Origin: Acidobacteriota bacterium
GTDB lineage: Bacteria > Acidobacteriota > CAIWXX01
Reading direction: 5' to 3'
Assembly: GCA_040755995.1 (NCBI GenBank)
Contig: JBFMAF010000036.1
Location: forward strand, 192,001-256,000
Length of the DNA stretch: 64,000 nucleotides
Of the stretch, positions 29,101 through 41,500 are shown piece by piece. Numbering within the stretch: position 1 is the first letter of the stretch; each line of letters starts with the position of its first letter. The notes below the pieces were generated by a model. The model did not search any database. It saw only the letters and a list, made by a program, of their open reading frames with translations, and was not told the origin of the DNA. The position numbers and the translations under genes were made by a program.

Positions 29101-29504
29101 GTTCCGGCCGCGAGCGCCACGCGCGTCCGACTCTTCGGAGTGCCTACGTCGCCCCTCGAAGCGCCGCGGAACGGTTCATCGCCGAGATCTGCGAAAACCT
29201 CCTGGGCATCGACCGCGTAGGCGTCGAAGACAACTTCTTCGACCTCGGCGGCCATTCGCTTCTCGCCACGCAACTCGTTTCCCGCGTTCGTGAGCGATTC
29301 GGTATCGAGATCCCGCTCCGCTCCGTCTTCGATTTCCCGACCACCGCAGGCCTGGCCCAGCTCATTCAACCGGGTGTCGAGGAGACCGCGGAGAACGATC
29401 CGCTCGCCTCGTTGCTGAGCGAGATCGAAGGGCTGAGTGCCGAGGAGGTCGCTGCCGCGATCGCCGAGGAAGAGGAAATCCACCAGGGTGCAGGAAATGA
29501 CTGA
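23103..29504 (+). CDS. Hybrid NRPS-PKS C-A(Ala)-PCP-KS-AT-ACP
   Basis: ATGA overlap with the upstream gene. C HHVASDG, A code read by eye DLFNNALTYK (Ala-type), KS TACSTSL, AT GHSLG/HAFH, no KR. Confidence 0.95.
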   Translation: MNDLRAVVRNLSAEKRDLLWRRLAVSSNKVRGSQPSIAIAARPQSGLLPLSYPQQRLWFLHQLDPSSVAYNVPVAARIRGPLNVEALEWSLSEIVRRHEALRTVFSLVDGKSVQIVEPPAAVRLSVRDARGLPDAEITPLIDGFCAAEARRAFDLTKDAMLRGSLLRVADEDHVLLLTVHHVASDGWSMGVLLHELTALYEAFEQGQPSPLPDLAVQYADYALWQQQRVRSGELQTQLAYWKRKLSGASPSLALPTTYPRPEVQTLNGAIASTTFPPDLTASLKDFSQSRGVTLFMTLLAALNVLLHRYSGQDDILVGSPLANRNRPEIENLIGFFVNTLVFRTDLSGDPPFEELLARVQQTTTEGYAHQDLPFEKLVEELRPDRDLSRPPVFQVMLALQNTPRPPLELSGLTLELLDVDCGAARFDVTFFMEDTPRGLVTKAEYNTDLFGSATITGMLEHLRAVLDGVLRRPDDRVSRLPLMTPSERHRLLVDWNDARATYPSDDGLHRIVERQVERSPKTVAVVHGNERLTFQDLNARANRLARYLRTLGVGPEVLVGVCLGRSADMVVSLLAVLKAGGAYVPLDPAYPEQRLAFILNDSRASVVITEQSILGALPAHQAQVLCLDLELDSIASQSAENLTAQPAPQNLAYLIYTSGSTGTPKAVAIEHRSAAAFVHWAGTVFSDEELAGVLASTSICFDLSIFEIFVTLSWGGKVILADNALHLTAIESAREVTLINTVPSAMAELVRAGAVPAGVRTVNLAGEPIPSELVRQIYSLGTVTRLLNLYGPSEDTTYSTFIPLDRSATRTPPIGRPIAGTQIYILDRHGDPVPQGVSGEIYIGGEGLARGYLGRPDLTADRFVPDPFCGRPGARLYRTGDLARYLADRNIDFLGRIDHQVKIRGFRIELGEIETALDQHPDVESSVAVLREDVPGDKRLAAYVVSRPGSALTPGELRHSLKMRLPEFMVPSAVVVLEAMPLTPNGKIDRARLPAPDPQHNEAVVDYVEPKGDIERTISTIWREVLRVERVGANDNFFDLGGHSLLLSQVYSTLVKTLGREIKLLDLFKFPTVGALARHLAQPGEATGASGARGHRGRARRDSFKRTDFNVAVIGMACRFPGARNVRQFWRNLCGGVESISFFSDEQLAAAGIEEPFLQNPNYVKARGVIEDVDQFDASFFGFSPREAEITDPQQRLFLECAWDALEDAGCDPTRFEGAIGVYAGSGMNSYVLNLIQNRDVVNAVGPFQTMIANDKDFLAPRVSYKLGLIGPSVSVQTACSTSLVAAHMACQSLLLGECDVALAGGVSIRIPQESGYIHQQGSIFSPDGHCRAFDAEARGMVGGNGAGIVVLKRLADAVADGDQVYAVIKGSAINNDGSLKVGFTAPSVSGQAKVIAEALYVANVDPATIGYVETHGTGTELGDPIEIAALTQAFGGRTGVAPTCAIGSVKTNVGHLDSAAGVAGLIKAALALHHKKIPPSLHFKTPNPKCDFENSPFFVNTELRDWDESRHPRRAGVSSLGIGGTNAHVVLEEAPAFERREDARPLQLLTLSAKSEAALVDASLDLAAHLGSDPNADLADVAFTLHVGRKEFEFREILVCSDRDDARRVLDELDTRRLFSGTSSEAPSVAFLFTGQGAQHAGMGWDLYRSERLFREQVDYCAGRLKPRLGLDLRTLLYPDSDEDRKRSSEQLRQTLYAQPALFTIEYALARLWMDWGIRPRAMIGHSLGEYVAACIAGVFSLDDAVQLVAARGALMQSAPPGAMLSLSMCERDLGSLVPPGLSIAAVNSPTHCVVSGPKDRVDSFRERLVHRSVGCSTLHVSHAFHSDMMDSILEPFVAAASEIRMRPPSIPFVSNLTGNWIQPKEAADPAYWARHLRSTVRFADGLRKLLDAPGVLLVEVGPGNTLAALAKEQTKGSSHTTVLSSMRHPLDQRSDVEYLLTTLGRLWVAGVPIDWSAFHRGEKRRRTSLPAYPFQRQRYWIQPPAAPAGTAVSLDQQSSGRERHARPTLRSAYVAPRSAAERFIAEICENLLGIDRVGVEDNFFDLGGHSLLATQLVSRVRERFGIEIPLRSVFDFPTTAGLAQLIQPGVEETAENDPLASLLSEIEGLSAEEVAAAIAEEEEIHQGAGND

Positions 29505-32500
29505 AGTAGCCAAACGCATCGAATCGCTCTCGCCGGAGCAACGCAGACTCCTGGAACTGCGCCTCCGGAAGCGGGGCAAGCAACCAGCCAAGCTCACCCT
29601 CATCCCTCGGCGAGAGAAGAGGGACACCGCAGTTCTTTCCTTCGCGCAGCAGCGGCTGTGGTTTCTCGACCAGCTGGAACCGGGCAGCCCCTCATACAAC
29701 ATCCCGACGGCGATACGGATCCGGGGTGTCCTGGACGTGGGGGCCCTCCAGAGGAGCCTCGACGAAGTCATCCGCCGGCACGAGTCGCTCAGGACCACGT
29801 TCCGAACGTCGGAGGGGCATGCCCTGCAGGTCATCGCGCCTGAGATCGTGCTGCCGATCGAAGTCGTCGAGATGGCCGAGACCTCGCCCGCGGAACAGGA
29901 AAGCGGTCTCCTGCGTCTGGCCGAGGAGCACGCGGGGAGGCCGTTCGATCTCACTCGTGGGCCGCTTCTTCGAGTCACCCTGGTGAGGGCGGATGAGCGG
30001 GATCATGTGCTGCTCGTGACGATGCACCACGTCATTTCGGACGGATGGTCGATGAGCATCCTGGTGCGCGAGATGTGCACCCTGTACCAGGCGTTCGCGA
30101 ACAGCTTGCCGTCGCCCCTGCCGCCCCTCCCGCTTCAGTACGCCGATTATGCATCGTGGCAGCGCGAATGGCTGCAGGGACCGACGCTCGAAGCCCAGCG
30201 GGCCTACTGGAAGACGCAGCTCGCGACGGCCCCTCCCACGCTCGACCTGCCGGCCGACCGTCCGAGCGATCCCGTGCCCGCCGCCAAGAGCGGTACTCGT
30301 TCGATGCGTCTTTCGAAGGAGCTCTCCAAGTCGCTCCGCGAGTTGAGTCAAGAACAGGGCACTACTCTGTTCATGACCCTCCTGGCCGTGTTCAAGCTGC
30401 TTCTCCACCGCCTCACGGGGCAGGAGGACATAGTCGTGGGATCGCCCATCGCCGGGCGGGGCCACTCACAAGTGGAAGGGCTTATCGGCTTTTTCGTCAA
30501 CACTCTCCTCCTGCGTACGGATCTCTCTGGGCGGCCGGCCTTCGCCGCGCTGCTGAAGCGCGTGCGCGACGTCACCCTCTCCGCCTACTCACACCAGGAG
30601 TACCCGTTCGAGAAGCTCGTCGAGGATCTGCACCCCGACCGGGACCTCGGCCGCAACCCCTTCTTCCAGGTCATGTTCAACCTGCTCAACACGCCGCACA
30701 CCTCGCTATCGACGCCGGGCCTCTCGTTCGAAGACGCTGAACTGACCGACACAGCAGCTCACTTTCCACTGACCTGCTACGTCGAGGACTTCGACGAGAC
30801 TCTGAACTTCAGGCTGGTCTTTCAAGCATCGATGTTCTCCTCTTCCCGCGTCGACTGCATGCTCGATCAGTACCGCCACCTGCTCGAACAGATTGTCGAT
30901 GCCCCGGAGAGATCGATCGGGAGCTTCTCTCTGCTGACACCGGCCTCCCGCGCGCTTCTCCCCGATCCATCAATCGCTCTCGATGTTCCAACGCACGCCC
31001 CGGTGACCGAAACGTTCATGTCATGGGTCCGGCGGACTCCGGATGCCACAGCCGTCTCCGTGGACGGTTCCTCCAGGACTTACCTCGAGTTGGGCGAGCG
31101 AGCGTCCGAGATCGCGCAGGTGCTGGTCGATCAAGGGCTGTCTCGCGGAGACGTTGTGGCCGTCGTCGGGTCGCGATGCTTCGGTCTTGTCGCGGGCATG
31201 TTGGGAGTGCTTCGCGCCGGCGGCGTGATGCTCTTGGTCGATCGGAATCTGCCTCTCGAGAGGCAGCGGGTCATGTTCGCGGAGAGCCGCGCGCGGTCCG
31301 CGCTGCTCATCGGCTGCGAGGCGATGGCTGATCCTGAGCTGGATCAGGACCGTTTTGACGTCGTGCGCCGCATCGACCGGGGTTGCGGGCGCGTGATCGG
31401 AGAGCCGGCTCGGTCGGAACATGCACGCCTCCCATCAGTGGGACCGGACGATCCCGCCTACATCTTCTTCACGTCAGGGAGCACCGGAACACCGAAGGGC
31501 ATTCTCGGCTCTCACAAAGGACTGAGCCACTTCGTCGCGTGGGAACGAGAGACATTCGGCGTTACATCCGAGGACAGGGTTGCGCAGCTGATCGCACTGT
31601 CGTTCGACGCCCTTCTGCGGGATTTCTTCTTGCCGCTAGTCAGTGGAGCGACCCTGTGCTTGCCCCCCGACGACGTCGACATGGGAGCCGACCAGATCGT
31701 CCCGTGGCTCGAACGGGAGCGCATCACTATCTTCCACACGGTTCCATCGATCGCGCGCACGTGGCTCGCCAATGCCCCCCGCGTGTCGCTGGGCTCGTTG
31801 CGATGGGCCTTCTTCGCCGGCGAACCGCTTCCCGAGGCGCTTGTTCGTCGCTGGCGGGAGACTTTCCCGGATTCAGGGAAGATCGTCAATCTCTACGGGT
31901 CGACCGAAACGACTCTCGTGAAGTTCTACTACGTCGTGCCCGATGAACCGCTGGCGGGAGTCCAGCCGGCCGGCTGGCCTCTTCCTCAGACGCAAGGGCT
32001 CGTGTTGGGCGACGACGGCCGGTTGTGCGGCATCGGAGAACCCGGGGAGATTTTCGTGCGGACCCCCTTCCGCACTCTCGGCTACCTGAACACCCCCGAG
32101 GAGAATCGGCTGCGCTTCGTAGCGAACCCCTTCGGGAACGATCCAGACGATCTTCTCTACCGCTCGGGGGACCGTGGACGATACCGGCCCGACGGGTCTC
32201 TGGAGATCCTCGGTCGTTTCGATCACCAGGTCAAGATCCGCGGCGTCCGCGTCGAGTTGTCGGAAATCGAGGCTGCTCTGAGCAAGCACCCAGACCTGCA
32301 GGGCACAGCCGTCATCGCCTCGGAAGACGTCTTGGGAAACAAGCGTCTCGTGGCCTACGTCGCGTGTAGTCCGCAGGAGCAGCCCACTAGCGGAGAGCTG
32401 CGCAGCTTCCTGAGGGGAATGCTCCCCGAGTACCTCATCCCCTCGGTTTTCGTCACCATGGCGGCTCTGCCGCTGACATCCAGCGGGAAGGTGGACCGCC

Positions 32501-35500
32501 GAGCCCTCCCTGAGCCGGCCCAAGGCCCTGAGGACGGTGATGGATCGTACGTGGCACCGCGGACGCCTGACGAGGAGCTGCTCGCGGGAATCTGGCAAGA
32601 CGTGCTCGGGCTGGATCGCGTCGGAGTTCACGATAACTTCTTCGATCGCGGCGGTCACTCACTCCTTGCCACTCAGGTCATCTCGCGCGCGAGAACCGCG
32701 TGTCAGAGGGAGCTTCCCTTACGGATCCTGTTCGAGACCCCGACAATCGCCGGCCTGGCCGGCTACATCGCGGCACAACGAGCCGAGTCATCCGGCCCTG
32801 TCCCGCAGCTCGTGCCAGTTCCCCGGAAGGGGAGTGTCCCGCTTTCCTTCGCGCAGGAGCGACTCTGGATTCTCAATCAGCTCGATTCGGAATCCGCCGC
32901 TTACAACGTCTTTCGAGCAGTGCGGCTCAAAGGGGAGTTGGATCTGGACCTCCTGCGGAAGAGCTTCAACGACCTCGTCAGCCGGCACGAAAGCCTCCGT
33001 ACCACGTTCCAGGCGGAGGACGGCGTGCCGGTCCAGGTCATCGGGCCGCATCACAGTCTCGACATTCCTCTTCACGATCTTCGGTGCCTTATCGGGGAGG
33101 CTCAGCAGGACGAGATCATGCGCCTGGCGGATGAAGAGAGCGAGAGGCCTTTCGATCTGACTCGAGGTCCGCTCCTTCGGGTCACGGTCCTTCGCCTCGA
33201 CGACGCCGACCACATCATGTTCCTGACGTTCCATCACATCATCACCGACGGCTGGTCGATGTGGGTCTTCGTGCGCGAGATGGCGCTTCTCTACCAGGCC
33301 CATGCGGAGGGCAGGCCGTCTCCGCTGCAGGATCTCTCTATCCAATACGCCGACTTTGCGCTCTGGCAGAGGGACTATCTGCGAGGGGAGACACTGAAGT
33401 CCCACAGATCGTATTGGGAGACGCAGCTCGCGGGAGCTCCCGGAGCGATCGAGCTGCCCGTGGATGGGACCAGCCAGGAAGATGTGGGGTCGAAAGGAGG
33501 AATCCGGACGCTTCATCTCAGCGCCGCGCTCTCGAAGTCGCTTCGGGATCTGAGCCGGCGGCACGGCGCGACTCTCTTCATGACGCTGCTCGCCGCATTC
33601 AAGGCCCTTCTCCACCGGTTGACAGCCCAGGATGACATCGTCGTCGGATCGCCCATCGCCGGGCGAATTCGTCCTGAGATCGAGAATCTGATCGGGTTCT
33701 TCGTGAATACGCTGGTCCTGAGAACGGACCTCTCAGGCCGGCCCACCTTTGTCGAGCTGCTCAGGCGCGTCCGCGAGGTCACGCTGGGCGCCTATTCTCA
33801 CGCCGACTATCCTTTCGAGAAGCTCGTCGAGGACCTCCACCCGGATCGCGACATGGGGCGGAACCCCTTCTTCCAGGTGCTCTTCAACTTCATCAGCACG
33901 CCTCCACACAGCCTCACACTGCCCGCACTCTCCCTCGGCTTCGAAGAGCTCACCGAACCACCGCGACGATTCCCGATCACGTTCTACGCCTTGGATTTCG
34001 AAGAGGCTCTGAGTTTCAGGCTTGTCTACCAGACGTCGCTCTTCTCCTCCTCCCGGATCGAGAGCCTCCTCGACCAGTACCACCACCTGCTCGAACAGAT
34101 CGTCGAATCTCCGGAGCTGCCCGTGGGGGCGCTGTCACTGGTGACTCCGGCCGCGCGCCGACTTCTTCCCGATCCCGCGAGGCCGCTGGATGAGCCAGCC
34201 TTCGAGCCGGTCGCGGACATGTTCTATCGCTGGGTCGATCAGGCTCCCGCCTCGCCGGCCGTCTCCACTGGGAGAGCCGTCTGGAGCTATGCAGCGCTCG
34301 GCCGCAGAGCCACCGATATAGCCCGCCGGCTCGCCGGCAGCGGGCTGAATCGGGGCGATGTCGTGGCCATCGCCGGCGCCCGGTCGGTCGGTGTCGTCGC
34401 CTGCATGCTCGGCGTCCTCCGCGCCGGCGGCGCCCTGCTTCTGGTCGACAAGAACCTGCCGGTGCAGCGGCAGCGTCTCATGATCCGGGAGGCCCAGGCC
34501 CGGCACGCCCTCTTCGTGGGCGAGGTCCCGTTGGAAGCTTCCGAGTTCCTCAGCGTGCAGAGGGTGGACGAGGGCGATGGGTGCATCAGGGGTGAAGGGA
34601 GCACTGTGGATGCAAGTGCACTCCCGGCCTCATGCCCTGACGATCCCGCATACGTATTCTTCACGTCGGGAAGCACCGGCACGCCCAAGGGCGTCCTCGG
34701 CTGCCAGAAGGGGTTGAGCCATTTCCTGGCGTGGCAGCGCGAAATGTTTGCGGTCGGACCGCAGGATCGGTCCGCGCAGCTGACGGCGCTCTCCTTTGAC
34801 GTGGTTCTCAGGGATGTTCTTCTACCTCTCGTGAGCGGTGCCACGCTCTGCATCCCGCCGGAGGACATGGACCTGGGGCCGGATCGGATCATCCCATGGT
34901 TGGACAGCGAGCGGATCACCGTCCTGCACACGGTTCCGACGCTGGCGAGGACGTGGTTGGCGCGCGCTCCTGAGGGCGTCCACCCGCGGGCACTGAGGTG
35001 GGTGTTCTTCGCAGGCGAGCCCCTGCCTGAGTCCCTTGTGCTTCGCTGGCGCGAGACGTTCTCCGGCGGCGGGACGATCGTGAACCTGTACGGGCCGACC
35101 GAGACCACACTCGCGAAGTTCTCATACGCCGTGCCCGATGAGCCCGCGCCTGACGTGCAGCCCGTGGGATGGCCTCTACCGGAGACGCAAGGGCTCGTAC
35201 TGGGCGAAGGAGGTGTGCTGTGCGGCATCGGCGAGCCGGGCGAGATCGTCATACGCACGCCATTCCGCAGTCTCGGCTATCTGAACGCACCTGAGGAGAA
35301 CCAGAGGCGCTTCTTCCCAAATCCCTGCAGTGGTGACCCTCGTGATCTGTTGTATCGGAGCGGGGACCGCGGGCGATACAGGCCGGATGGCTCGCTCGAA
35401 ATCCTCGGCCGCCTCGACTTCCAGGCAAAAATCCGCGGAGTCCGGGTCGAGCTGCAGGAGGTCGAGGCGGCGCTGGGCAGGCACCCCGGCGTGCAGGCCG

Positions 35501-38500
35501 CCTGCGTCGTCGCCCCCGAGGATGCTCATGGCGGCAGATTCCTAGCGGCCTACATCGTCCCCAACGGCAGGACGAAGATCCATCGAGGCGAGTTGCGTCG
35601 GTTCCTAAAGGAGAAGCTGCCGGAGTACATGATCCCCGCAGTCTTCGTGGAGCTGGAGGCGATGCCGCTGACGTCGAGCGGGAAGGTCAACCGGCGCGCT
35701 CTGCCTCCACCGGAACAGCTGAGCTCAGAGGTCGAAGAGGCCTTTGTCGCCCCTTGTAGCCACGAGGAACAGGTCCTCGCAGCGATCTGGGGGGACGTGC
35801 TGGGCCGGGAGCGGATCGGGATTCACGACAACTTCTTCGATCTCGGAGGACACTCCCTGCTCGCCACACAGGTCGTCTCCCGCGCCCGATCGGCTCTCCA
35901 GAAGGAGATCCCGCTCAGAGCTCTCTTCGAGAATCCGACGATCGCCGGCTTGGCCGGCGTCATCGCCGCAGGCACGCAGCAGTCAGCCGCTGTCGCGCAG
36001 ATCGTTCCGATGCCCCGCGATGGGAACATCCCGCCGTCATTCGCACAGGAGCGGATGTGGTTCTTGAACCAGTTCGATCCCGGAACCGCCGCATACAACA
36101 CCTACCGCGCGGTCAGGCTCAGGGGCACGCTGGACGTGGATATCCTGACGCGATGCGTTAACGAGATTGTCCGGCGTCACGAGGCCCTGCGGACCGTGTT
36201 CGTTTCGATCGACGGGTATCCGTATCAGGTCGTCCGGCCGGAGCTCCACGTGAGCATTCCCGTCCAGGACATCGGTGCTCCTGACCAGGAGAACGCGGTG
36301 CTGAGGCTGGCCAGGGAGGAAAGTGAAAGACCGTTCGACCTGGAACACGGGCCACTCCTGAGGTTCGCTCTGCTCAGGCTCGGCGCGGCGGACCACGTCA
36401 TGCTCCTGACGTTCCACCACATCATCACCGATGCGTGGTCCAGCTGGACCTTCGTACGCGAATTGACGCTGCTCTACGAATCGTACCTGGAAGGCATGCC
36501 GTCTCCGCTGCCGGAGCTGCCGGTACAGTACGCCGACTTCGCTCTGTGGCAACGGCGATGGTTGCAGGGCGAGGTGCTGGCGTCGCACATCTCGTACTGG
36601 AAGGCGAAGCTCCGCGGAGCTCCGCCGCTGCTGACGCTCCCGACGACTCACCCGCGCCCGGCCGTGCAGACCTTCAACGGCGCTCACTACACAGAGGTTC
36701 TGCCGCCATCGTTGATGACGGCCCTCAGAGACGTGAGTCATCGCAACGGCGCCACCCTGTTCATGTCGCTGCTCTCCGCCTTCAGCGTGCTTCTGTCCAA
36801 GTACGCCGGCCAGGATGATGTGCTGATCGGCTCGCCCATAGCGAATCGCAACCGGTCCGAGATCGAGAACCTGATCGGGTTCTTCGTGAACACGCTGGTG
36901 TTTCGCGCCGATGTCTCAGGCGACCCGACATTCACCGAGCTGCTCGCGCGCGTTCGAGAGACGACGATGGAAGGCTATGCGCATCAGGACGTGCCGTTCG
37001 AGAAGCTGGTCGAGGAGCTGCATCCAGAGCGGGATCTGAGTCACCCGCCGCTGTTCCAGGTCATGTTCATAATGCAGAACGTCCCTCGCACATCGATCGC
37101 GCTTTCGGGCCTGACTCTGGATCCGCTGGAGATCGACAACGAGGCGTCGAAGTTCGACCTGACGCTGTCGGTGACGGAGTCCGAGCAGGGGCTGTTTGCG
37201 AGTTACGAGTACAACACGGACCTGTTCGATGCGGCTGCGATCGAACGGATGGCGGGTCATTTCCGCGTGCTGCTCGAATCCATGGCGGGCCGCCCGGAGT
37301 CGCGCATTTCGGAGCTTCCGCTGATGAGCGGGCCGGAGCAGGAACGCGTGTTGGTTGAGTGGAACGCCACGCGCCGCGAGTATCGGCGTGAGAAGTGCGT
37401 ACACGAGCTGTTCGAGGAGCACGCGGCGCGGAGCCCTGAGGCGACGGCGATCGTCTTCCAGGACCAGGCTCTCACCTACGCCGAGCTCGATGCGCGTGCC
37501 AACCAGGTGGCCAATTACCTGATGGCATTCGGGGCCGGCCCTGAAACACTGGTCGGTATCTGCATCGACCGGTCGCTCGAAATGGTGGTCGGGCTTCTGG
37601 GGATTCTGAAGTCGGGCAGCGCATACGTTCCGCTCGATCCGGAGTATCCGAAAGAGCGGCTGGCATACATGATCGAAGACGCGCGCGTGGGAGTGCTGCT
37701 CACGCAGGAGAGGCTCGATTCCGCGCTTCCGGCGCACGCGGCGACAGTGGTGCGCCTGGATAGCGGCTGGGGAGACGTGGCACGCGAGAGCACGGACAAG
37801 CCGGCCGCGCACGTCGACTCCGAGAGTCTCGCATACGTGATCTACACCTCAGGATCGACGGGGCGGCCCAAAGGAGTGCAGATTCCCCACAGAGCGCTCA
37901 CTAACTTCCTCGTATCCATGCTGGTCGAGCCTGGGCTGGGGAAGGAAGACACTTTGGTCGCGGTCACATCACTCTCGTTCGACATTGCTGCGCTGGAGAT
38001 CTACCTGCCGCTCATCGCCGGCGGAAGAATCGTTCTCATGAGCCGCGAAGTGGTGGGTGACGGAGAGCGGCTGCGGGATGTGTTGGCGCGATCGGCCGCA
38101 ACCGTCATGCAGGCGACCCCGGCCACCTGGAGGCTTCTGGTGGATGCGGACTGGAGAGCGGGAGACGGATTCAGGGCTCTTTGTGGAGGCGAAGCGCTGC
38201 CGGAATCGCTCTCTGCCGAGCTCCAGAGCCGGTGCGGCTCGGTCTGGAACATGTACGGCCCGACGGAGACGACGGTGTGGTCGAGCATCGAGAGATGCAC
38301 GGATCGAAAGCCCACGATCGGGCGGCCGGTGGCCAATACGACGATGTACATCCTGGATGCGTCTCTGCACCCGGTCCCAGCAGGGGTGTTCGGCGAACTG
38401 TACATCGGCGGAGATGGGGTGGCGCGTGGATATCTGAACCGGCCCGAGCTGACAGCGGAGAAGTTCATCCCGGACCAATTCCGCGGGATCGAGGGTGCGC

Positions 38501-41500
38501 GTCTCTACAGGACCGGTGATTCGGCGCGTTTCCTGGCGGATGGGACACTCGAGTACGCGGGGCGCATCGACCACCAGGTGAAGGTGCGCGGTTTCCGGAT
38601 CGAGTTGGGCGAGATCGAGTCGGTGCTTGGCCGGCACGCATCGGTGGCGAATGTGGTCGCGGTCGTGCGTGAAGATGTGCCCGGCGACAAGAGGCTGGTG
38701 GCCTATGTGGTCCCGCGGCAAGACGCCACCGTTGCATCGGGCGAGCTGCGGGAGATGCTGCGCGAGAGCCTGCCCGACTACATGATGCCGGCTGCATTCG
38801 TGATGCTGGATGCGCTGCCGCTTACACCGAACGGGAAAATCGACCGGCGGGCGCTGCCCGCGCCCGATCAGGCCGCGCAGGATGCGGGAACGACGTATGT
38901 GGCTCCCAGGACGCCGCACGAAGAGGTGCTCGCCGGGATCTGGGCCGAGGTGCTTCGCCGGGAGGGCATCGGAGTTCACGACGACTTTTTCGATCTGGGA
39001 GGGCACTCGCTGCTTGCCACACAGGTTGTGTCGCGCGTGCGAGCCGCATTTCAGAAGGAGCTTCCGTTGAGAAGCCTCTTCGAGAGCCCGACGATCGCGG
39101 GTCTGGCTGCTCGACTGACTGGAGACGAGTCGGACCTCGCCGCCGGCATCCCGCCGTTGGTCCCGATGCCCCGAGAAGGCCGCATCCCGCTGTCGTTCGC
39201 GCAGGAGCGGATGTGGTTCCTCAACCAGTTCGACCCCGGGACATCCGCTTACAACCTGTATCGGGCGGTCCGGCTGAGAGGGACTCTCGACCTGGCTCTT
39301 CTGGAACAGTGCGTCAATGAGATCATCGATCGGCACGAAGCCCTGAGAACGCGGTTCATTCCCATCGACGGCTATCCATTCCAGGTTGTGCCGCCTGCGT
39401 CGAGGCTGCCTGTCCCGCTGCGAGACCTCCGGGATCTCCCGGAGCCTGAACGAGACACGATCGTGATGGAGCTTCTCAAGGAAGAGAGCCAGAGGCCGTT
39501 CGACCTGGCTGGCGGTCCTCTCGTGCGCGTGACGGCCTTCCGGCTGGGCGCCGAGGACCACTTCTTGCTTCTGACCTTCCACCACATCGCTTCCGATGCC
39601 TGGTCGATCTGGGGTTTCATCAGGGAGATGAGCGTTCTCTACCAGGCGCATCTTGAAGGTCGTCCGTCTCCACTGCCGGACCTTTCCGTCCAGTACGCCG
39701 ACTTCGCGCTTTGGCAGCGGGAGTGGCTGCGGGGAGAGGCGCTGGCATCTCAGGTCTCGTACTGGAGAGAGAAGCTTCAGGGCGCCCCGCCATTACTGAC
39801 GCTCCCGACGACGCACCCGCGTCCGCCGATGCAGACCTTCAACGGCTCCCGCCACACCACGGTTCTATCTCCTGCCCTGATGGCGGCGCTGAAGGACCTC
39901 AGCCGCCGCAACGGAGCCACCCTGTTCATGACGCTGTTGTCGGGCTTCAGCGCACTCCTGTCGAAGTACTCCGGTCAGGACGATGTGCCGGTGGGCTCGC
40001 CCATAGCGAATCGCAACCGGTCCGAGATCGAAAACCTGATCGGGTTCTTCGTGAATACACTGGTATTCCGCACAGATGTCTCGGGCGACCCGACATTCAC
40101 CGAGCTTCTCTCGCGCGTGCGAGAGACGACGATGGAAGGCTACCTCTATCAGGACGTGCCGTTCGAGAAGCTGGTCGAGGAGCTGCAGCCAGAGCGGGAT
40201 CTGAGCCATCCACCGCTGTTCCAGGTCATGTTCATCATGCAGAACGTGCCACAGACCACTGTCGAACTCCCCGGCCTCACTTTGGATCTCCTCGAAGTCG
40301 GAAGCGCAGCGTCGAAATTCGACCTGACACTGTCGGTGACGGAGGCCGAGGAGGGGCTCTACGCGAGCTATGAGTACAACACAGATCTGTTCGATGCGGC
40401 TGCGATCGAACGGATGGCGGGTCATTTTCGCGTGCTGCTCGAATCCATCGCGAACCGCCCGGAGTCGCGCATTTCGGAGCTTCCGCTGATGACCCTGCCG
40501 GAGCAGGAGCGAGTGCTGGTCGAATGGAACGACACGGGCCGGGAGTACAGGCGTGAAAGGTGTATGCATGAGCTGTTCGAGGAGCAGGCGGCGCGGAGCC
40601 CTGAGGCTACGGCGATCGTCTTTCAGGACCAGGCCCTGACCTACGGCGAGCTAGATGCGCGGGCCAACCAGGTGGCGAACTACCTGAGTGCCCGCGGGGC
40701 CGGCCCTGAAACACTGGTCGGTATCTGCATCGACCGGTCGCTCGAAATGGTGGTTGGACTTCTGGGGATTCTGAAGTCCGGCAGCGCATACGTTCCGCTC
40801 GACCCGGAGTATCCGAAAGAGCGGCTGGCCTACATGATCGAAGACGCGCGAGTGGGAGTGCTGCTCACGCAGGAGAGGCTCGATTCCGTGCTTCCGGCGC
40901 ACGCGGCGACAGCGGTGCGCCTGGATAGCGGCTGGGGCGACGTGGCACGCGAGAGCACGGAAAAGCCGGCCGCGCACGTCGACTCCGAGAGTCTCGCATA
41001 CGTGATCTACACCTCAGGATCCACGGGGCGGCCCAAAGGAGTGCAAATCCCCCACCGGGCGCTCACGAACTTCATCGAATCCATGCTGGTCGAGCCCGGA
41101 CTGAGGAGGGAAGACACTCTGGTCGCGGTCACCTCACTCTCCTTCGACATAGCGGCGCTGGAGATCTACCTGCCGCTCATCGCCGGTGGGAGGGTCGTTC
41201 TCGCGAGCCGCGAAGTGGCGACCGATGGCGAGCGGCTGCGCGATGCTCTGACTCGATCGGCTGGCACCGTCATGCAGGCGACCCCGGCCACCTGGAGGCT
41301 TCTGGTGGATGCAGGCTGGAGAGCGGGAGACGGATTCAGGGCGCTCTGTGGAGGCGAAGCGCTGCCGGAGTCGCTCGCTGTCGAGCTCCAGAAGCGATGC
41401 GGCTCAGTCTGGAACATGTACGGTCCTACCGAGACGACGGTGTGGTCGAGCATCGAGAGATGCACAGATCGAAAGGCTACGATCGGGCGGCCGGTGGCCA

